DNA of 63,612 bases, the filler included, from Octopus bimaculoides (Eukaryota), in assembly GCF_001194135.2 (NCBI RefSeq). It is 6 parts of 5 records of this genome, joined end to end, with 100 filler letters (N's around TTAATTAATTAA, not from the genome) between each part and the next. Parts side by side here need not be neighbours in the genome. Positions count along the whole stretch, not along the records: positions 25,191 to 36,598 come from NC_068989.1; positions 36,699 to 40,885 come from NC_068983.1; 4 more parts are not named here. One strand, written 5' to 3'. The translations under genes and the position numbers were made by a program. Shown in pieces: positions 25,682 through 39,315 of the stretch. The notes beneath the pieces were generated by a model. It was not told the origin of the DNA, did no database searches, and saw only the letters and a program-made list of their open reading frames with translations. How positions within the stretch are numbered: the stretch's first letter is position 1; each line of letters opens with the position of its first letter.

Positions 25682-26290
25682 GGTGGAGGCACGTGGCTTA
25701 GTGGTTAGGGTGTCAGCATCATGATCGCAAGATTGTGGTTTCGATTCCTGGACCGGGCAACGCGTTGTATTCTTGAGCAAAACACTTCATTTCACNNNNN
25801 NNNNNACCGGGCAACGCGTTGTATTCTTGAGCAAAACACTTCATTTCACGTTGCTCCAGTCAACTCAGCTGGCAAAAATGAGTAATGCTGCGATGGACTG
25901 GCATCCCGTCCAGCTGGGAACACATACGCCATTGAAACTAGGAAACCGGGCCCATGGTCGTGGCTAGGCTTTAAAAGGGCGCAATGTGGAGGTGCAATGG
26001 CCAAGTGGTTAGGGCAGCGGACTCGCGGTCGGATGATCGCGGTTTCGATTCCCAGACCGGCCGTTGTGTGTGTTTATTGAGCGAAAACATCTAAAAGCTC
26101 CACGAGGTTCCTGCAGGGTGTGGTGGTTACCCCTGTTGTATTCTTTCGCCCTAAATTTCTCCCACTCTTTCTTCCTGTTTCTTGAGTAAAGCTGCGATGG
26201 ACTGGCGTCCCGTCCAGCTGGTGGGGAACACATACGCCATAGAAACCGAGAAACCGGGCCCATGAGCTTGCCTAGGCTTTAAAAGAGCGT
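25682..26290 (+). mobile_element. Two tandem SINE family C copies
   Basis: Heads at about 25682 and 25985, each ending gcgatggactggc.tcccgtccag...gaaaccgggcccatg...ggctttaaaa; a further partial copy at 26580-26765. Confidence 0.85.
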
Positions 26291-27267
26291 ATAAATAAAT
26301 AATAAATAAATAAATATGCCACTGAGATCGCCCAACGAGGCAGAAATATGCGTCTAGCACTCACAACAGCCGTTGCTGAACTACTGGCTTTTTAAAATAC
26401 ATCTATGTTCGTAAGTGATGTTAACTCCAGACGTCTATCGTAGCAAATTTGCTTTTTCCCAATATATTTACATTAAGTGTATGCTGGAATTTATTACTGC
26501 TTCTGTTGCATACAGAAGATTTTTGTTTAGCCTGGCGGCTATTTGTAACAGCAGTGATTGTTTATTCACTGTCTCTTCCATCGGTCGATTCCTGGACCAG
26601 GCGACACGTTGTATTCTTGAGGAAAATTCTTCATTTCACGTTGCTTCAGTTCGCACAGCTGGCAAAAATGAATAATCCTGCAATGGACCAGGTGGGGAAT
26701 GTATATGCCATGGAAACCAGAAAACCATCTCTATGAGTCTACATGACTCGGGAAGGAACTTTACTTTCTTTTTATTGCCATCGGTAGCGACAGGTTTCGT
26801 TGTAGAATGTTATTGGTTGTTTTGTGCGTGCTTGCTACTGGCAACATCCAACGTGGCAGAAATGCATATTTAGCATTCTTACCGCCTGTTTCTGGTATAT
26901 AATGTGCTTTTAAACACAGTACGTCCATAAAATATATCTCCTGATAAATATCACAGTACGTTTGATTTTTCACAATGTATTTACATTTAGTATGATACAC
27001 AGATGTCTCTCTCACTCTCTCTACATATANNNNNNNNNNNNNNNNNNNNNNNNNNNNNNNNNNNNNNNNNNNNNNNNNNNNNNNNNNNNNNNNNNNNNNN
27101 NNNNNNNNNNNNNNNNNNNNNNNNNNNNNNNNNNNNNNNNNNNNNNNNNNNNNNNNNNNNNNNNNNNNNNNNNNNNNNNNNNNNNNNNNNNNNNNNNNNN
27201 NNNNNNNNNNNNNNNNNNNNNNNNNNNNNNNNNNNNNNNNNNNNNNNNNNNNNNNNNNNNNNNNNNN

Positions 27268-27313
<46 letters not shown>

Positions 27314-28249
27314 GGGTGTATGTATGTACAGAAACACATGTGTGCGCATATACATACATACAGACACACACGCACACATGTACATATGTGTATATATATA
27401 TATATATATAAATATATATATATAAATATGTATATATAAATCCATACATACGTATCTATGTGTGTGCCTGTATGTGTGTGAGTATGTATGCATGTATGTA
27501 TGCGTTTATATATGTGTGTATATGTATGCAAGCATAATATGTAAAGAATCGGATGGCATGCCTTATGATATTTGGTTAGGTACTTCTACGGTGTTAGTTT
27601 AAATGTCATCCGAGTCTTCTGTTCGAAGTCGACACATTACTAGACCTAACAAACACACAGGGAAAGATATAAACAACAAAAGGCATGATGTCTAACATAA
27701 CTGTTTTCTAGAGAGGAAAATGATTGAATGAAGTGTCATAGCATTGACCACTGACCACTGATTGAAACCAGTCAAAGAATGATGCACTCCAAGTTTTCCG
27801 GTTTTTAATAGCGAACACTTCAACTGAAATTATTTATGAAATAGGTAGAAAGGCTACGTTATCCTATGTACATTTGAGCATACATGTATGCGTATATATT
27901 CATGCATCTATGCTTTTATGTGCCATCAAGCAAATATCTTACCTTGTCTAGACACATAACACAAAATATTACATCATGAGAGCTGGACTTTTCGACCATT
28001 TTTTTTTTTTTCAATCTATGGACCATTTTAATTACTATTTTATTCTGGTGGACCTCGATAGTCATTTGATGTTTAAATATTAGTTTTAAAGAAATTTCTT
28101 TCAAAATTCCTATTTTGCTTTTCACACTTTAACTTATGCAGATTGAACTATGTAAGACATTAGGGAAAGAAACCTACCTGTTTCTTGTAATATATACCAA
28201 TACATAGATCTTGTTTTTTTATATTACATACCAATACATAGATCTAAAG

Positions 28250-28373
28250 CAAAAATTTTTCAGGGGCCCTTAAAATATCATTGTGGATCCTTAATTTACT
28301 ATTTTGTTGTGTGGACCCTCAAAAATATTGTATGGAGCCTCAGGACCATAGGAACCCCGGTTGAGAATCACTG
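28250..28373. mobile_element. hAT (Charlie-like) MITE fragment
   Basis: Ends ccccggttgagaatcactg, the inverse of the TIR at 30266. Confidence 0.65.
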
Positions 28374-29066
28374 ACTTATATACTTAAATTCAAGACTCTC
28401 AGTCGGAAGACACATTTAACAATTTGACCGTATTGCCTACTTGAAGACGTTTAATGCATAAACCACCCCTTTTGTTTCAGTACTAATAGAGCTGGCCGGC
28501 GAAATGTGAATATCCTGGCAACGAAAGAGAAAACAAGTGCAGTGCCGGAGGAAAATGTATGAAGCGATCCACCGAACTTTAGGCTTGATATGTTATATTC
28601 ATACTAGAACAGACGCCCAGGTTTTTCAGTGGACACATATATGCATGCGACTGGGTGTCTCTCAGTGTGCGTGCGTGAGTATTTCTACAAATGAGAATCA
28701 TCTCATCTGTGAGGCATGTAAAATTAATAAAACAACGATGATGGATTTTTCATTATTCGCATTCAGGAATTCTAAATAGCGGATTTTTCTTTCTCATTGA
28801 ACTATCTCAAGTATTAAACACTCAGAAACTGACAATATAGCTCCATGTGTTCATTCTCCAATTTCCTATCAATTCATATTCAATTCATCATAGATAATTG
28901 TTTTATGGAAACGTCTGTTTCAAAAGCACACCGAATGCTGTCTTGTCTAGATTATGTAACATTTTTCATCTGACTAGTGAGTGCACATCTTAGAGTCTAA
29001 TACCTGTTGCATATAGTTCGAAGTTTGACTATTTCATAGGTAGAGGTGATCTATCTATCTATCTAC

Positions 29067-29146
<80 letters not shown>

Positions 29147-29795
29147 TCTATCTATCTACCTATCTACCTTAATTCTCTCTCTTTCTCTATGTCCATATGT
29201 GTGTGTATCAGTGTCTGTGTGGGTATGCATGCACCTATGTTTATATGTATATATGTATATGTAAATATGTATATCTNNNNNNNNNNNNNNNNNNNNNNNN
29301 NNNNNNNNNNNNNNNNNNNNNNNNNNNNNNNNNNNNNNNNNNNNNNNNNNNNNNNNNNNNNNNNNNNNNNNNNNNNNNNNNNNNNNNNNNNNNNNNNNNN
29401 NNNNNNNNNNNNNNNNNNNNNNNNNNNNNNNNNNNNNNNNNNNNNNNNNNNNNNNNNNNNNNNNNNNNNNNNNNNNNNNNNNNNNNNNNNNNNNNNNNNN
29501 NNNNNNNNNNNNNNNNNNNNNNNNNNNNNNNNNNNNNNNNNNNNNNNNNNNNNNNNNNNNNNNNNNNNNNNNNNNNNNNNNNNNNNNNNNNNNNNNNNNN
29601 NNNNNNNNNNNNNNNNNNNNNNNNNNNNNNNNNNNNNNNNNNNNNNNNNNNNNNNNNNNNNNNNNNNNNNNNNNNNNNNNNNNNNNNNNNNNNNNNNNNN
29701 NNNNNNNNNNNNNNNNNNNNNNNNNNNNNNNNNNNNNNNNNNNNNNNNNNNNNNNNNNNNNNNNNNNNNNNNNNNNNNNNNNNNNNNNNNNNNNN

Positions 29796-29833
<38 letters not shown>

Positions 29834-29834
29834 C

Positions 29835-29995
29835 AACAGGCTTCTTTCAGTTTCTGTCTACCAAATCCACCCACAAGACTTTGGTCGGCCCAAGGCTATA
29901 GTAGAAGACACTTACCCAAGGTGCCACGCAGTGGGACTGAACCCAGAACCACGTGGTTGGGAAGCAAGCATCTTACCCCACACCCACTACTACCC
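29835..29995 (-). mobile_element. SINE family B (5' part)
   Basis: ggctatagtagaagacacttacccaaggtgccacgcagtgggactgaaccc. Confidence 0.85.
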
Positions 29996-30265
29996 CTATG
30001 CATGTGATTATTTAAAAATTTATGTGTGTGCTTCGAGACATTCCAAAAAAGAATCATTTCACGTTCTCTTGAAAGTTTTTGAAATTCTTATGTCGTAAGC
30101 ACTAAGAAAAGTAAAAAGTAAAAGTAAAACACGTGTGAGTCCAGAGAAAATACACCTAACTCCAGCCTATGCAATCTAACGATAGCTCTAAACAAAATTA
30201 ACCAAAGACTCTGATGATTCAACGGGAGATTCGGATAACGCACCACTTGGCCCTAAGTTATAGAT

Positions 30266-30524
30266 CAGTGGTTCTCAACCGGGGTTCATAGGCCCTTTTG
30301 CGGGTCTACATAAAATTTTGTTGTTAAAATTTATGTGCAATAAATTTGTTATACTTCTACATTCACAAAGTGTTTTAACAACTCCTAATAATATTTAATT
30401 CCTAATAATATTTAATTCTAAAAATATACGGGTTTTTTTTTAAACATTGAAAGGCTGTAACAATCCATTCAAGTAAAATAGGAGCTAAAGGCGTTCACAG
30501 CTAGCAAATGGTTGAAACACACTG
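30266..30524. mobile_element. hAT (Charlie-like) MITE
   Basis: TIRs cagtggttctcaacc / ggttgaaacacactg; degenerate 8-bp TSD ttatagat / ttacagag. Confidence 0.75.
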
Positions 30525-30784
30525 TTACAGAGGATTAATAAAGACCACATCAGGAACCTATCGACAGAGTTATCGTTCCCAAATCTACTCAGGTGACATT
30601 TTGGAGAATCTCATTTAGAACAAATGTTTGGATAGGAGAGGAGTAAGTTGTAAGGTGCTCAGGCCTACCTAAGTGACGGTTTGTCTCATCTACGTGGCTA
30701 GATAGCCTTTATTGTATTTATCTATTCTGTGGGTCAAAGTTTTAAAGTATCATAATGATACTGCGTTATGTAAAAGTACAAAAG

Positions 30785-30985
30785 GCAGCGGGTTGGCAGA
30801 ATCATTAGACGAGATGCATAGCTGCATTTCGTCCGCCTTTATGTTCTGAATTCAAATTCCACTGAGGAAGACTTTGCCTTTCATCATTTCAGGGTCGACG
30901 AACTAAGTACAGGTCAAGTACTGGGATCGCTGTAATCGACTATCCCCTCCCCTTAAAAAACTGGCGGCCTTGTATTAAATATTTG
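30785..30985 (+). mobile_element. SINE family A
   Basis: ggcagcgggttggcagaatc...gaattcaaattcc...agggtcgacgaactaagtac. Confidence 0.8.
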
Positions 30986-32389
30986 AAGTCAATATTATAT
31001 GAGGCAGAACAGTGAAGAATTGAACCGACAGCAATACCAATAGTGGCTCAAAACAAATTCTGGACTACGGCCTGAAACAGATGGTCAGACTTTAGATGTA
31101 GACAATCAATCTACTAGATCTAATCTCCATTCACAAAATCTATCACAATAAAATAATAAATCATTAGCCAGACGTCAAATGTAGACTTTGTAATCAGCTT
31201 GTTGTCGCAGTAGAAAACTAGAATTAAGCTATGCAAATGCATACAAATAATAATAGTTATAATTACAACGATGATGGCGATGATGATGATGACGACGAAG
31301 ACGATGATGATGAAGATGATGATGATGATGATGAAATAGAATATGTATATATAAGATTATATGTATTTATATAAACATATATATATATATTAACATGAGT
31401 ATTTATGCATATAAAAACATATATATATGCATACATATGTGTGTTTATATATGTTTGTATGTGCGTATATATATATATATATATATANNNNNNNNNNNNN
31501 NNNNNNNNNNNNNNNNNNNNNNNNNNNNNNNNNNNNNNNNNNNNNNNNNNNNNNNNNNNNNNNNNNNNNNNNNNNNNNNNNNNNNNNNNNNNNNNNNNNN
31601 NNNNNNNNNNNNNNNNNNNNNNNNNNNNNNNNNNNNNNNNNNNNNNNNNNNNNNNNNNNNNNNNNNNNNNNNNNNNNNNNNNNNNNNNNNNNNNNNNNNN
31701 NNNNNNNNNNNNNNNNNNNATATTAAACATTATAGAAATTTTATACACACACACATACACCACATACACAAACATGAATATACAGACATGCATACATACA
31801 CACACACATACATAGATGCATGCATGCATGCATTATAACGGTAGAGGAGAATATTTAGTCTTGTCTCCTTGTAACATCTCTACTGCCGGTATTAGTATAG
31901 AATAGTCCCAAGTCGTAATGTGTTTTGGTATTGCAAAAATGACATATAGAAGGAGGTAGCAATACAAAAGAAAATGGAACGAAGGGAAGAGAGATGCACT
32001 ATGCAAGCTAAACACAGTCCTCCGGGCAAGACCGCGAAATAACTCTTAAAACCTGATGAATTGTAGAAATTATACTTTTGTTCCATCAGACATTTCTTTA
32101 GAGTCCATCACACGTTAAAATGCGCCCAAACGTCAGTGTAATGTGTCTTGTAATTTTGCTGAAAATGATGATGTTGATGAACACACACACACACACACAT
32201 TCACTTACACGCACACACTCACATACAAATATGCACACACATACACATATATATATACACACACACACACGCATAGATGCATACATAAACACATGCATGC
32301 ATACATATGTACGCACGTGCATACGTACATACATGCATATGTACGTCCATACATACACACATACATACGATGGATTATGAGACTCTCCA

Positions 32390-33230
32390 GGCCTCAGCAT
32401 AGATGACGGACAGCTTCGAGCAGTCGGAAGCTATTCTCGTTCCCATAGCTACATCCGGGACCTGCTGGTAGATTTCTCCCGCGAAGCAAAGGCAATTAAA
32501 AAGACAGAACCAGTTCGGCCAATCGTAGAAGGTTAGGGTTGCTAGTCCGGGGATCGGGATGTAAGTCAAAGAAATGTTTCAGTGCACAGAGTTTGTCATT
32601 ATGAGGGATAATAGTGTAGACTTGATGTATGGGGGGGGGGGGCTTGACGAAGAATAGGGAAAGTCGAGGAGAGTGCGAGAAGGAAGTAAAGAGACGAAGA
32701 ACGTGGTTGGTGTTGCGAATGTGTGATGAGAAGTAAACCTCTATGGGAGCAAGGACGAAGTTGGTTAAGATATCGAGGTATAAATTACGTAGGTCAGTTG
32801 CTGGCAGAGACAATAGGGCGGCTAGGTTTGTTGGGTTCATGATTATTGGGAAGGAAGCAAATGGTAAGAGTACATTTGGTCCGGACAATGAGGGTGGAAG
32901 CGGTACGGAGAAGGATGAAGGGGCAAATAAGTTCGTGGGTTGTGAAAGAAATGATATGTTTGTAGTTTAGGTATGTGTAGTGGATGAATTGAGATATGAA
33001 ATCCAAGCAAGTACTCATGAAGATTATCTGAACAATGAAAAACAGGTAGCTTTTTGTGAAGTTCTGAGTAATTAATGCACTGTGAAAGAAAACTTGCAAA
33101 AAGCACAGATATTTGGTAGACATGGTGACAATATGAGGCAAGATTGGTTATATTTTTCAATCTTTTCCTCTTTTCATCCGTTTTCCTGCTTCCATTCATC
33201 TATGTCGATCATCAGATAATTACCATTAGA
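32390..33230 (-). mobile_element. Penelope-like element RT relic
   Basis: FLPNNHEPNKPSRPIVSA (LPKIHK..RPIVS), SSHIRNTNHVL, VYTIIPH, LLRLAELVLS, YQQVPDVAMGTRI (YxQxxGVAMG) across frameshifts. Confidence 0.85.
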
Positions 33231-33399
33231 AAATAATTATCTAATCATTTATGTTCATGTTCAATTCACCTTCTTCCTAAAAATATTGAATTAAGCTCCT
33301 GTAAACAACTATACAATTACAAGAATGTAGGTCTGTCCCTTTCCATACAAATACTTACCAGGCAACAATCAATGCGTATTATATTCCCTATATTTTAAA

Positions 33400-34000
33400 T
33401 TAGGATTTACAATTATACTAACCACGCCTTCCACACAAACACCTTTTAAATCTATCTTACCTTATGGACACTACAACTCTTTTTTTCTCCCCATGTTGGG
33501 AAAATTCGAGAGAGAAACATTTGATCTAAGTATTACATTTATTCACACTACACACTGTATTTAGTTCTATATTAGATAATATTTGTTATGCTAAACATAT
33601 ATCTAGATATAGTCTACTTCTTATGCAGAGTTTGACCACCTCCTGTACTTACACCTTAGAACCATCATTTCATCTGATGTGGTTTTTTAAACTAGACAAT
33701 GTTCTGAAAAGACACCCACATAGATTGCATCCGATTTGGACAACCAAGAGCTGCAGGTAAATTCTGATTTTTGTTGATCTTAAATCATCTTTTGAGGCCT
33801 CCGTTAGATTTGCAAACCTTCTGGCATATATTGCATTGAATGGTGTGCATAGACATATAGATAGAATAGATGGTGACGGTTCGTTTTCCATGGGTCTGCA
33901 AATGAGATTTGAGCCCAACAAGAGAAAGGCATGGTCTATCACAAACTGTGCACACAAAAAGGCCATTGTGATTCACCTTTTCGGCTGTAACATTCTTCCT
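33400..34000 (-). mobile_element. 3' end of a probable RTE-type LINE encoding three C2H2 zinc fingers
   Basis: CTVCDRPCLSLVGLKSHLQTH, CNICQKVCKSNGGLKR*, CNLCGCLFRTLSSLKNHIR*; no TGEKP linkers; stops and a frameshift present; clade assignment is inference. Confidence 0.55.
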
Positions 34001-34035
34001 TAAATCTCTTTTGATATATATATGTATATATATAA

Positions 34036-34288
34036 AATTATAATTTAGGGTAGCTGAGAGATACCACCACGCTGGAAATAGCAGTCAAAATTTGACTCTA
34101 AAACCATATTAAATGTTCATATAGCACCAAGAGAGAAGACGAAGAGACAAAATAAACTAGCAAAGATTACTGTAATTTTTGCTAGTCTATTTTGTCTCTT
34201 CGTCTTCTCTCCTGGTGCTATATGTGGTTTAAGTTTTCACTGCTATTTCCAGCGTGGTGGTATCTCTCAGATACCCTAAATTATAATT
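34036..34288. repeat. Near-perfect 253-bp palindrome (foldback MITE-like)
   Basis: aattataatttagggtagctgagagataccaccacgctggaaatagcagt pairs with 34240-34288; inner arm 34118-34166 pairs with 34176-34224; centre about 34171. Confidence 0.9.
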
Positions 34289-34384
34289 CTAAATAATTAT
34301 TACCTTTGATGGTTTTTAATCCCATGTTGGCCACCTGATAAAATCGGTATTTAAATATCGATCTTATCCTTATTTATATAAATT

Positions 34385-34439
<55 letters not shown>

Positions 34440-34616
34440 GCACACATATATGTATTTATGTATGTATCTATATGTAAATGTATATGTATATAAGGCGGTA
34501 TAGTTTTAAATTTACACAGTATAACAATAAATTAATGGAAAAATATATTTGACTGTCCGCGTTTGTATGTGTATGCAAACAGCATCATTAACAACAACAT
34601 CATCAACAATAATAGA

Positions 34617-34653
<37 letters not shown>

Positions 34654-36415
34654 GCAAAAACAAGTATACTAATGTTATAACCATTCTCATAAATAAAATA
34701 TATTTGGACATTGTTTAAGCCAATAATTCAGAGGAAATGAAAGTTAAATATAGTTATGTAAATCAAAACAAATATATAACATGAATTGTTATTATTATAA
34801 TAACAATAAGTCCCTGCACAAAACAGCATGAATAAATCTGGCCCGGTTTAACCTGTTGCTGCACCATTTGTCTCGATGACCAATTCTGGCTCATTTAAAA
34901 ACGCTCCTGAATATAGCTGTTTGTGCATATAGCAGGGTTGCAACGTTGGAGATAACCTTTTGACACACGACTAAAGTAAAAATATCAGAAGAGAATAATA
35001 AAACAATCATTCATTGAGTCAACAGACTTGCCTATTTGACATTGGTTTCCAAAATCTCTGAGATCCCGTCACCCTGTCGCCTTATGTTTAAGGTACACAA
35101 CCCGTGTTTTGCACCCATAAAGAAAATATAAGATGCTGAGGAAACCGTTTTCTCCTAAGAGGAGGTATTTAACTTTAAAGTCACGCGGTACTTCTAGCTA
35201 TCACCTTTTGATGCTGTAAAGTGTCGAGACACTCAGTATGGAAACCGCTGGTCTGTGGAAACTACCGAACTGATAGAAACACCACTCAAATCTCCCTCAA
35301 ACCATTGAATTCTATAATTCTAGATCCACCGGAAAAGGCGCCTTACCTAAATGGTAGGGTGTAAGAATCATGATCATCAGCGAATGAGTTCGATTCCTGG
35401 ACTGAGCGACGCTTTTAGTCCTTCAGCAAGGCATTTTATTTCACGTTGCTACAGTTCAGTCAGCTGCAAATGAGTACCGGTCGAGCACTGGTACAGTCTC
35501 GTCTCTTAACAGCTGTTACATCCACGAGATTCTGCTGGATGAATGGTGGGAGGACAGAGAGGATGTGTCTATGACTGATCGTGACTGCACAACATTCGAA
35601 AACTATTAGCTAATTTATGTTACATTCTACCGGGTGTGTAATGTGGGGATTGGCGTCTCAAAGAATTACTCTACGTTTCCTCAGTGTCGTGAAAAGTGAC
35701 TAAAAGAAATCGTGATAGGATTTGTACTCCGACCTAGTAAAAAAAACCGCCAGCAGCAACGACTACCCAAATAGACCTATGAGTTGCAGCATAGGGTGGA
35801 GCGAAAAAGTATTTTTCACACAGATTTTCGTAGAGTAGTGTACACTGCATTATGGACTGTTAGAAATGATGTACCGGAGGGAATTACGATCTGGACACCT
35901 TCCATAACTTGTCTCTTCATTCTGGGCTGCACAATAAAAGCAACCGCGCCACCACCACCACCACTATCACCACCATCACCACCACCACCACCACAACAAC
36001 AACAACAACAACTGCAATAACAGCAACAATAACAAAAGCAGCAATATGCATGTATATATATTTATATGTGTGTAAATATATATATAGAGATAGAGATAGC
36101 TAGATAGATAGATAGATAACTTTCTTTTATTAGCCACACAGGGCTGCACACAGAGGGGACAAATACAACTGTAGAGCTTTTCTTTAAGAAAAAATAAATA
36201 AATAAATAAATCCGATCAAAAGGGATCTGTAGGGGGAAAAAAATGGGGGTATCGTATATCACAGAAAATGTCAATTGTGTAAAATGGGGTAACATTAGGT
36301 TTATCCATGGAGAGAAAAGCCTACGGAAATGACCATGGTAACCTCAGCAGGGAATAGACACATGAGAGCAAAGTACTCTCTCAGTCTCTCTTTTTTTTTT
36401 TTTTTAGATTTATAG

Positions 36416-36571
36416 GATCATGCTCAAAGAGGTATCGTCACTCGCACGCACCATCTTTGCTACATTCACCCACCTTTTAATGAAACTTTCACGAGACAAA
36501 AACTGTCTCTCTATTCTCACCTTCCTTTTCAAGTGATACTTGAAAAAGTTGATGAGCGATTGGCCAGAGAG
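36416..36571 (+). CDS. Candidate internal coding exon (52 codons, phase 0/0), product unknown
   Basis: Long poly-T tract, AG at 36414-15, open frame DHAQRGIVTRTHHLCYIHPPFNETFTRQKLSLYSHLPFQVILEKVDERLARE, donor GAG|gtaagt; the other two frames contain stops; needs the second AG because the first (36406-07) adds an in-frame TAG. Confidence 0.5.
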
Positions 36572-36824
36572 GTAAGTTTTCGTCTCTAATCCTTTCGCNN
36601 NNNNNNNNNNNNNNNNNNNNNNNNNNNNNNNNNNNNNNNNNNTTAATTAATTAANNNNNNNNNNNNNNNNNNNNNNNNNNNNNNNNNNNNNNNNNNNNAC
36701 CACCACTGCCATCACCACCGCCGCCGCCGCCGCCTCTGCCGCCACTAGTATCAGCGGCTACATTTATCCTTTGTTTTAATACTGATTCCCGTGTCAATAT
36801 AACTCACCTTTTGTTTGTCGAAAT

Positions 36825-37395
36825 GGGCAGCGAAGTGGCAGAGTCGGTAGAGCGTTGTCGGACTGAATGTTTCGCTGTAATCGGTCTGACTCGCTTGCGC
36901 TTTGAGTTCAAATCCTGCCTTGGTCAGTTTTGACTTTCATCCTTTCAAGGTCGATAAAAAATTAAAAATCAGTAGATTGGCGGAACTGTAAAAATCGCAC
37001 TGGATGCCTTGTAGTATTTGTTCTGCCTCTTTGCGTTCTGAGTTCCAATTTCGCCATGGCTTACTCGTTAAACACTACCATCTAGCACCTGGAGTATCTT
37101 TAGCGGAGACCACTCTGTTACAAGCGTTCGGGCCAAATTTCCAGTCTGAGGATACTGTCGTCCTCCCTCCAGCCCTCCATCCCACGGGGCTCGGTGGCCC
37201 TTTAGTCTCTCCTGACTAAAAGATAATAATAATCCATTCTTATTTCGGCACAAGGCCAGCAAGTTTAAGGGGCGATTCTAATGCTCAACTGGTACTTATT
37301 TTATCGACTCTGAAAGGATGAAAGGCGAAGTCGACCTCGGCAGGATTTGAACTTAGAACATAGAGACGGGTGAGATGTAGCTAAGCATTTCGTCT
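36825..37395. mobile_element. Cluster of SINE family A copies (+ at 36825-36965 and 36975-37070; - at 37245-37395)
   Basis: Family A core motifs on both strands. Confidence 0.75.
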
Positions 37396-38578
37396 GTTCT
37401 GAGTTTTAAAAAAGAAAATAATAATAATAATAATCACGAAAAATCTGGCAAACGTCGTTTGTAGATGAAATTCGTGAAAAATTTGGAGGGAACTGCTGTG
37501 TGGTCTTGTCATAGGGAAAAGTATAGATGCCATAATGTTGTTAAAATTAATCAAAAATAACCCTAAATTTAAAGGTAAAGAAATTCTAAAATTGGATTAG
37601 AAAAATCAAGTCTGGAATCCCAATCAGAATAACTTTGCTTAATTTCCTAATGTGATCGGAAAATTCATTAACGCCATAACATCCGGTTTCCTGATCGATA
37701 TGAATTTGTCGATACTCTTCAAAAAGCCAATAAAAGTATCATCGTTGTTGCCACCGCTGACATTGCTGCTTGATATAGAGTGCTGTCTAATTTCTGCTCT
37801 GACTAAGTAAATCTATGATGAAAGACTTTCCAACCGTGGCCATACCATCTCTTATTCTCAGGCATAGTTCAATCAGGGATGACATGGACTAAAAGAACAA
37901 CCGGTGTAGTCATATATACAAAATGATTCTGTGTGTGTATACAGAGAGAGAGAGAGAGAGAGGGGGGTGAGAGAAGGAGAGAGGTAGGGATACCGCATTT
38001 CTTCGTAATGCAACCCTAATATGCTACCAAGTATATTAAAGGCTGATAAGTCAGTACTATGTTCTACCTGTGTTAGCAGTGCGAGTCAGTCTCTGTAAAA
38101 CAATGCGATTGAAGATAGAAAAATAGTTAATGGATGTATATGCATATACACTCATTACCTATTCTTCATAGACGTATTCGTATACGAAACACTGCAACTT
38201 TCAGTGATGGCTCTAATTTCTAAAGAAAATCTGCAGAGATAACTTTAAAAAGTGACACACATTCGCCATGCTGGACCGCTAAATCCATAAGTTTTTTCAT
38301 TGTCTCTCTTTTTATTTTCTCTTATTCCTTTCTGTTGAAGAGCGTAGGCTCGAAACGTAAAAGTCTTTTTCATTTTCCCAAGCGTCAAACTAAAACACTT
38401 GCTTGTTGTTCATACATTTGTCTTCGTCATTTGTTTTTATATATANNNNNNNNNNNNNNNNNNNNNNNNNNNNNNNNNNNNNNNNNNNNNNNNNNNNNNN
38501 NNNNNNNNNNNNNNNNNNNNNNNNNNNNNNNNNNNNNNNNNNNNNNNNNCCTACACTTTTTATCAATATATATATATA

Positions 38579-38623
<45 letters not shown>

Positions 38624-39079
38624 TTCATAAGATGTGAGAAAGCTGCCCAGTTGGGTGTTTGTTTTAGTCATTTAAATGGCGATGGGTGATAGAATCAATG
38701 GAGCAACGAATAAAATTCATTGCGGTAATTAGTTACGGACGTTTGTATTCTAATTTCAAATACTGTCGGTCGGTGCGAATTTTAATTTTTCACTCTTTCA
38801 GAAGTCGATAAAATACCAGTCATTACTGGGATCGATTTATTCGATTGCGCTCGCAAAAGAAAAAGTTGGGGGCAGTGGAATGCAAGAGACCGCTGAGCGA
38901 CTGAGAAAATGCTCCACCGAACGTAGTTACGTCTCGTTAGGATTTCCCTCTTCAAATTCTTGTAGCTTTACGCCAATGCCAATAATTGTCATAATTTAGT
39001 CAAAGACGATTTCAAATCCCACCGAGGTCAATCTTTCCTGACGTCTTTTTATCATCAACATCAACCACTCGAGGGCTAA

Positions 39080-39315
39080 GATTCATAGGACTAGTTACCC
39101 GGTTTCCATAGCATATAAGTAACCGATATCACATCATTAGCCTTGAACAGGACACCAGTCCATCGCAGGGATGCTCATTTACAACTGTGTAGACTGGAGC
39201 AACGTTATATGAAGTGTTTTGCACAAGAACACAACGTTCCATTCGACTCGGAAATCGAAACCACGACTTTGCGATCGTGGATGCAACACTCTAAACACTA
39301 AGCCACGCGCCTTCA
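39080..39315 (-). mobile_element. SINE family C
   Basis: caagaacacaacg...gaaatcgaaaccacgac...ctctaaacactaagccacgcgcc. Confidence 0.8.

Noticed and set aside
32050-32090. CTGATGA...GAAA (also CTGATGA near 30195 and 41575)
   Set aside because: No compatible stems I and III; chance matches
33670-33990. Kruppel-type C2H2 host gene
   Set aside because: No TGEKP linkers, internal stops and frameshift, and a repeat-like downstream tail
38066-38095. Possible 25-nt minus-strand microexon (RLTRTANT)
   Set aside because: Too short to distinguish from chance without RNA data
1-39315. tRNA-like sequences (A/B boxes, gttcgattcc)
   Set aside because: All continue into SINE bodies and lack a full cloverleaf; SINE heads, not tRNA genes
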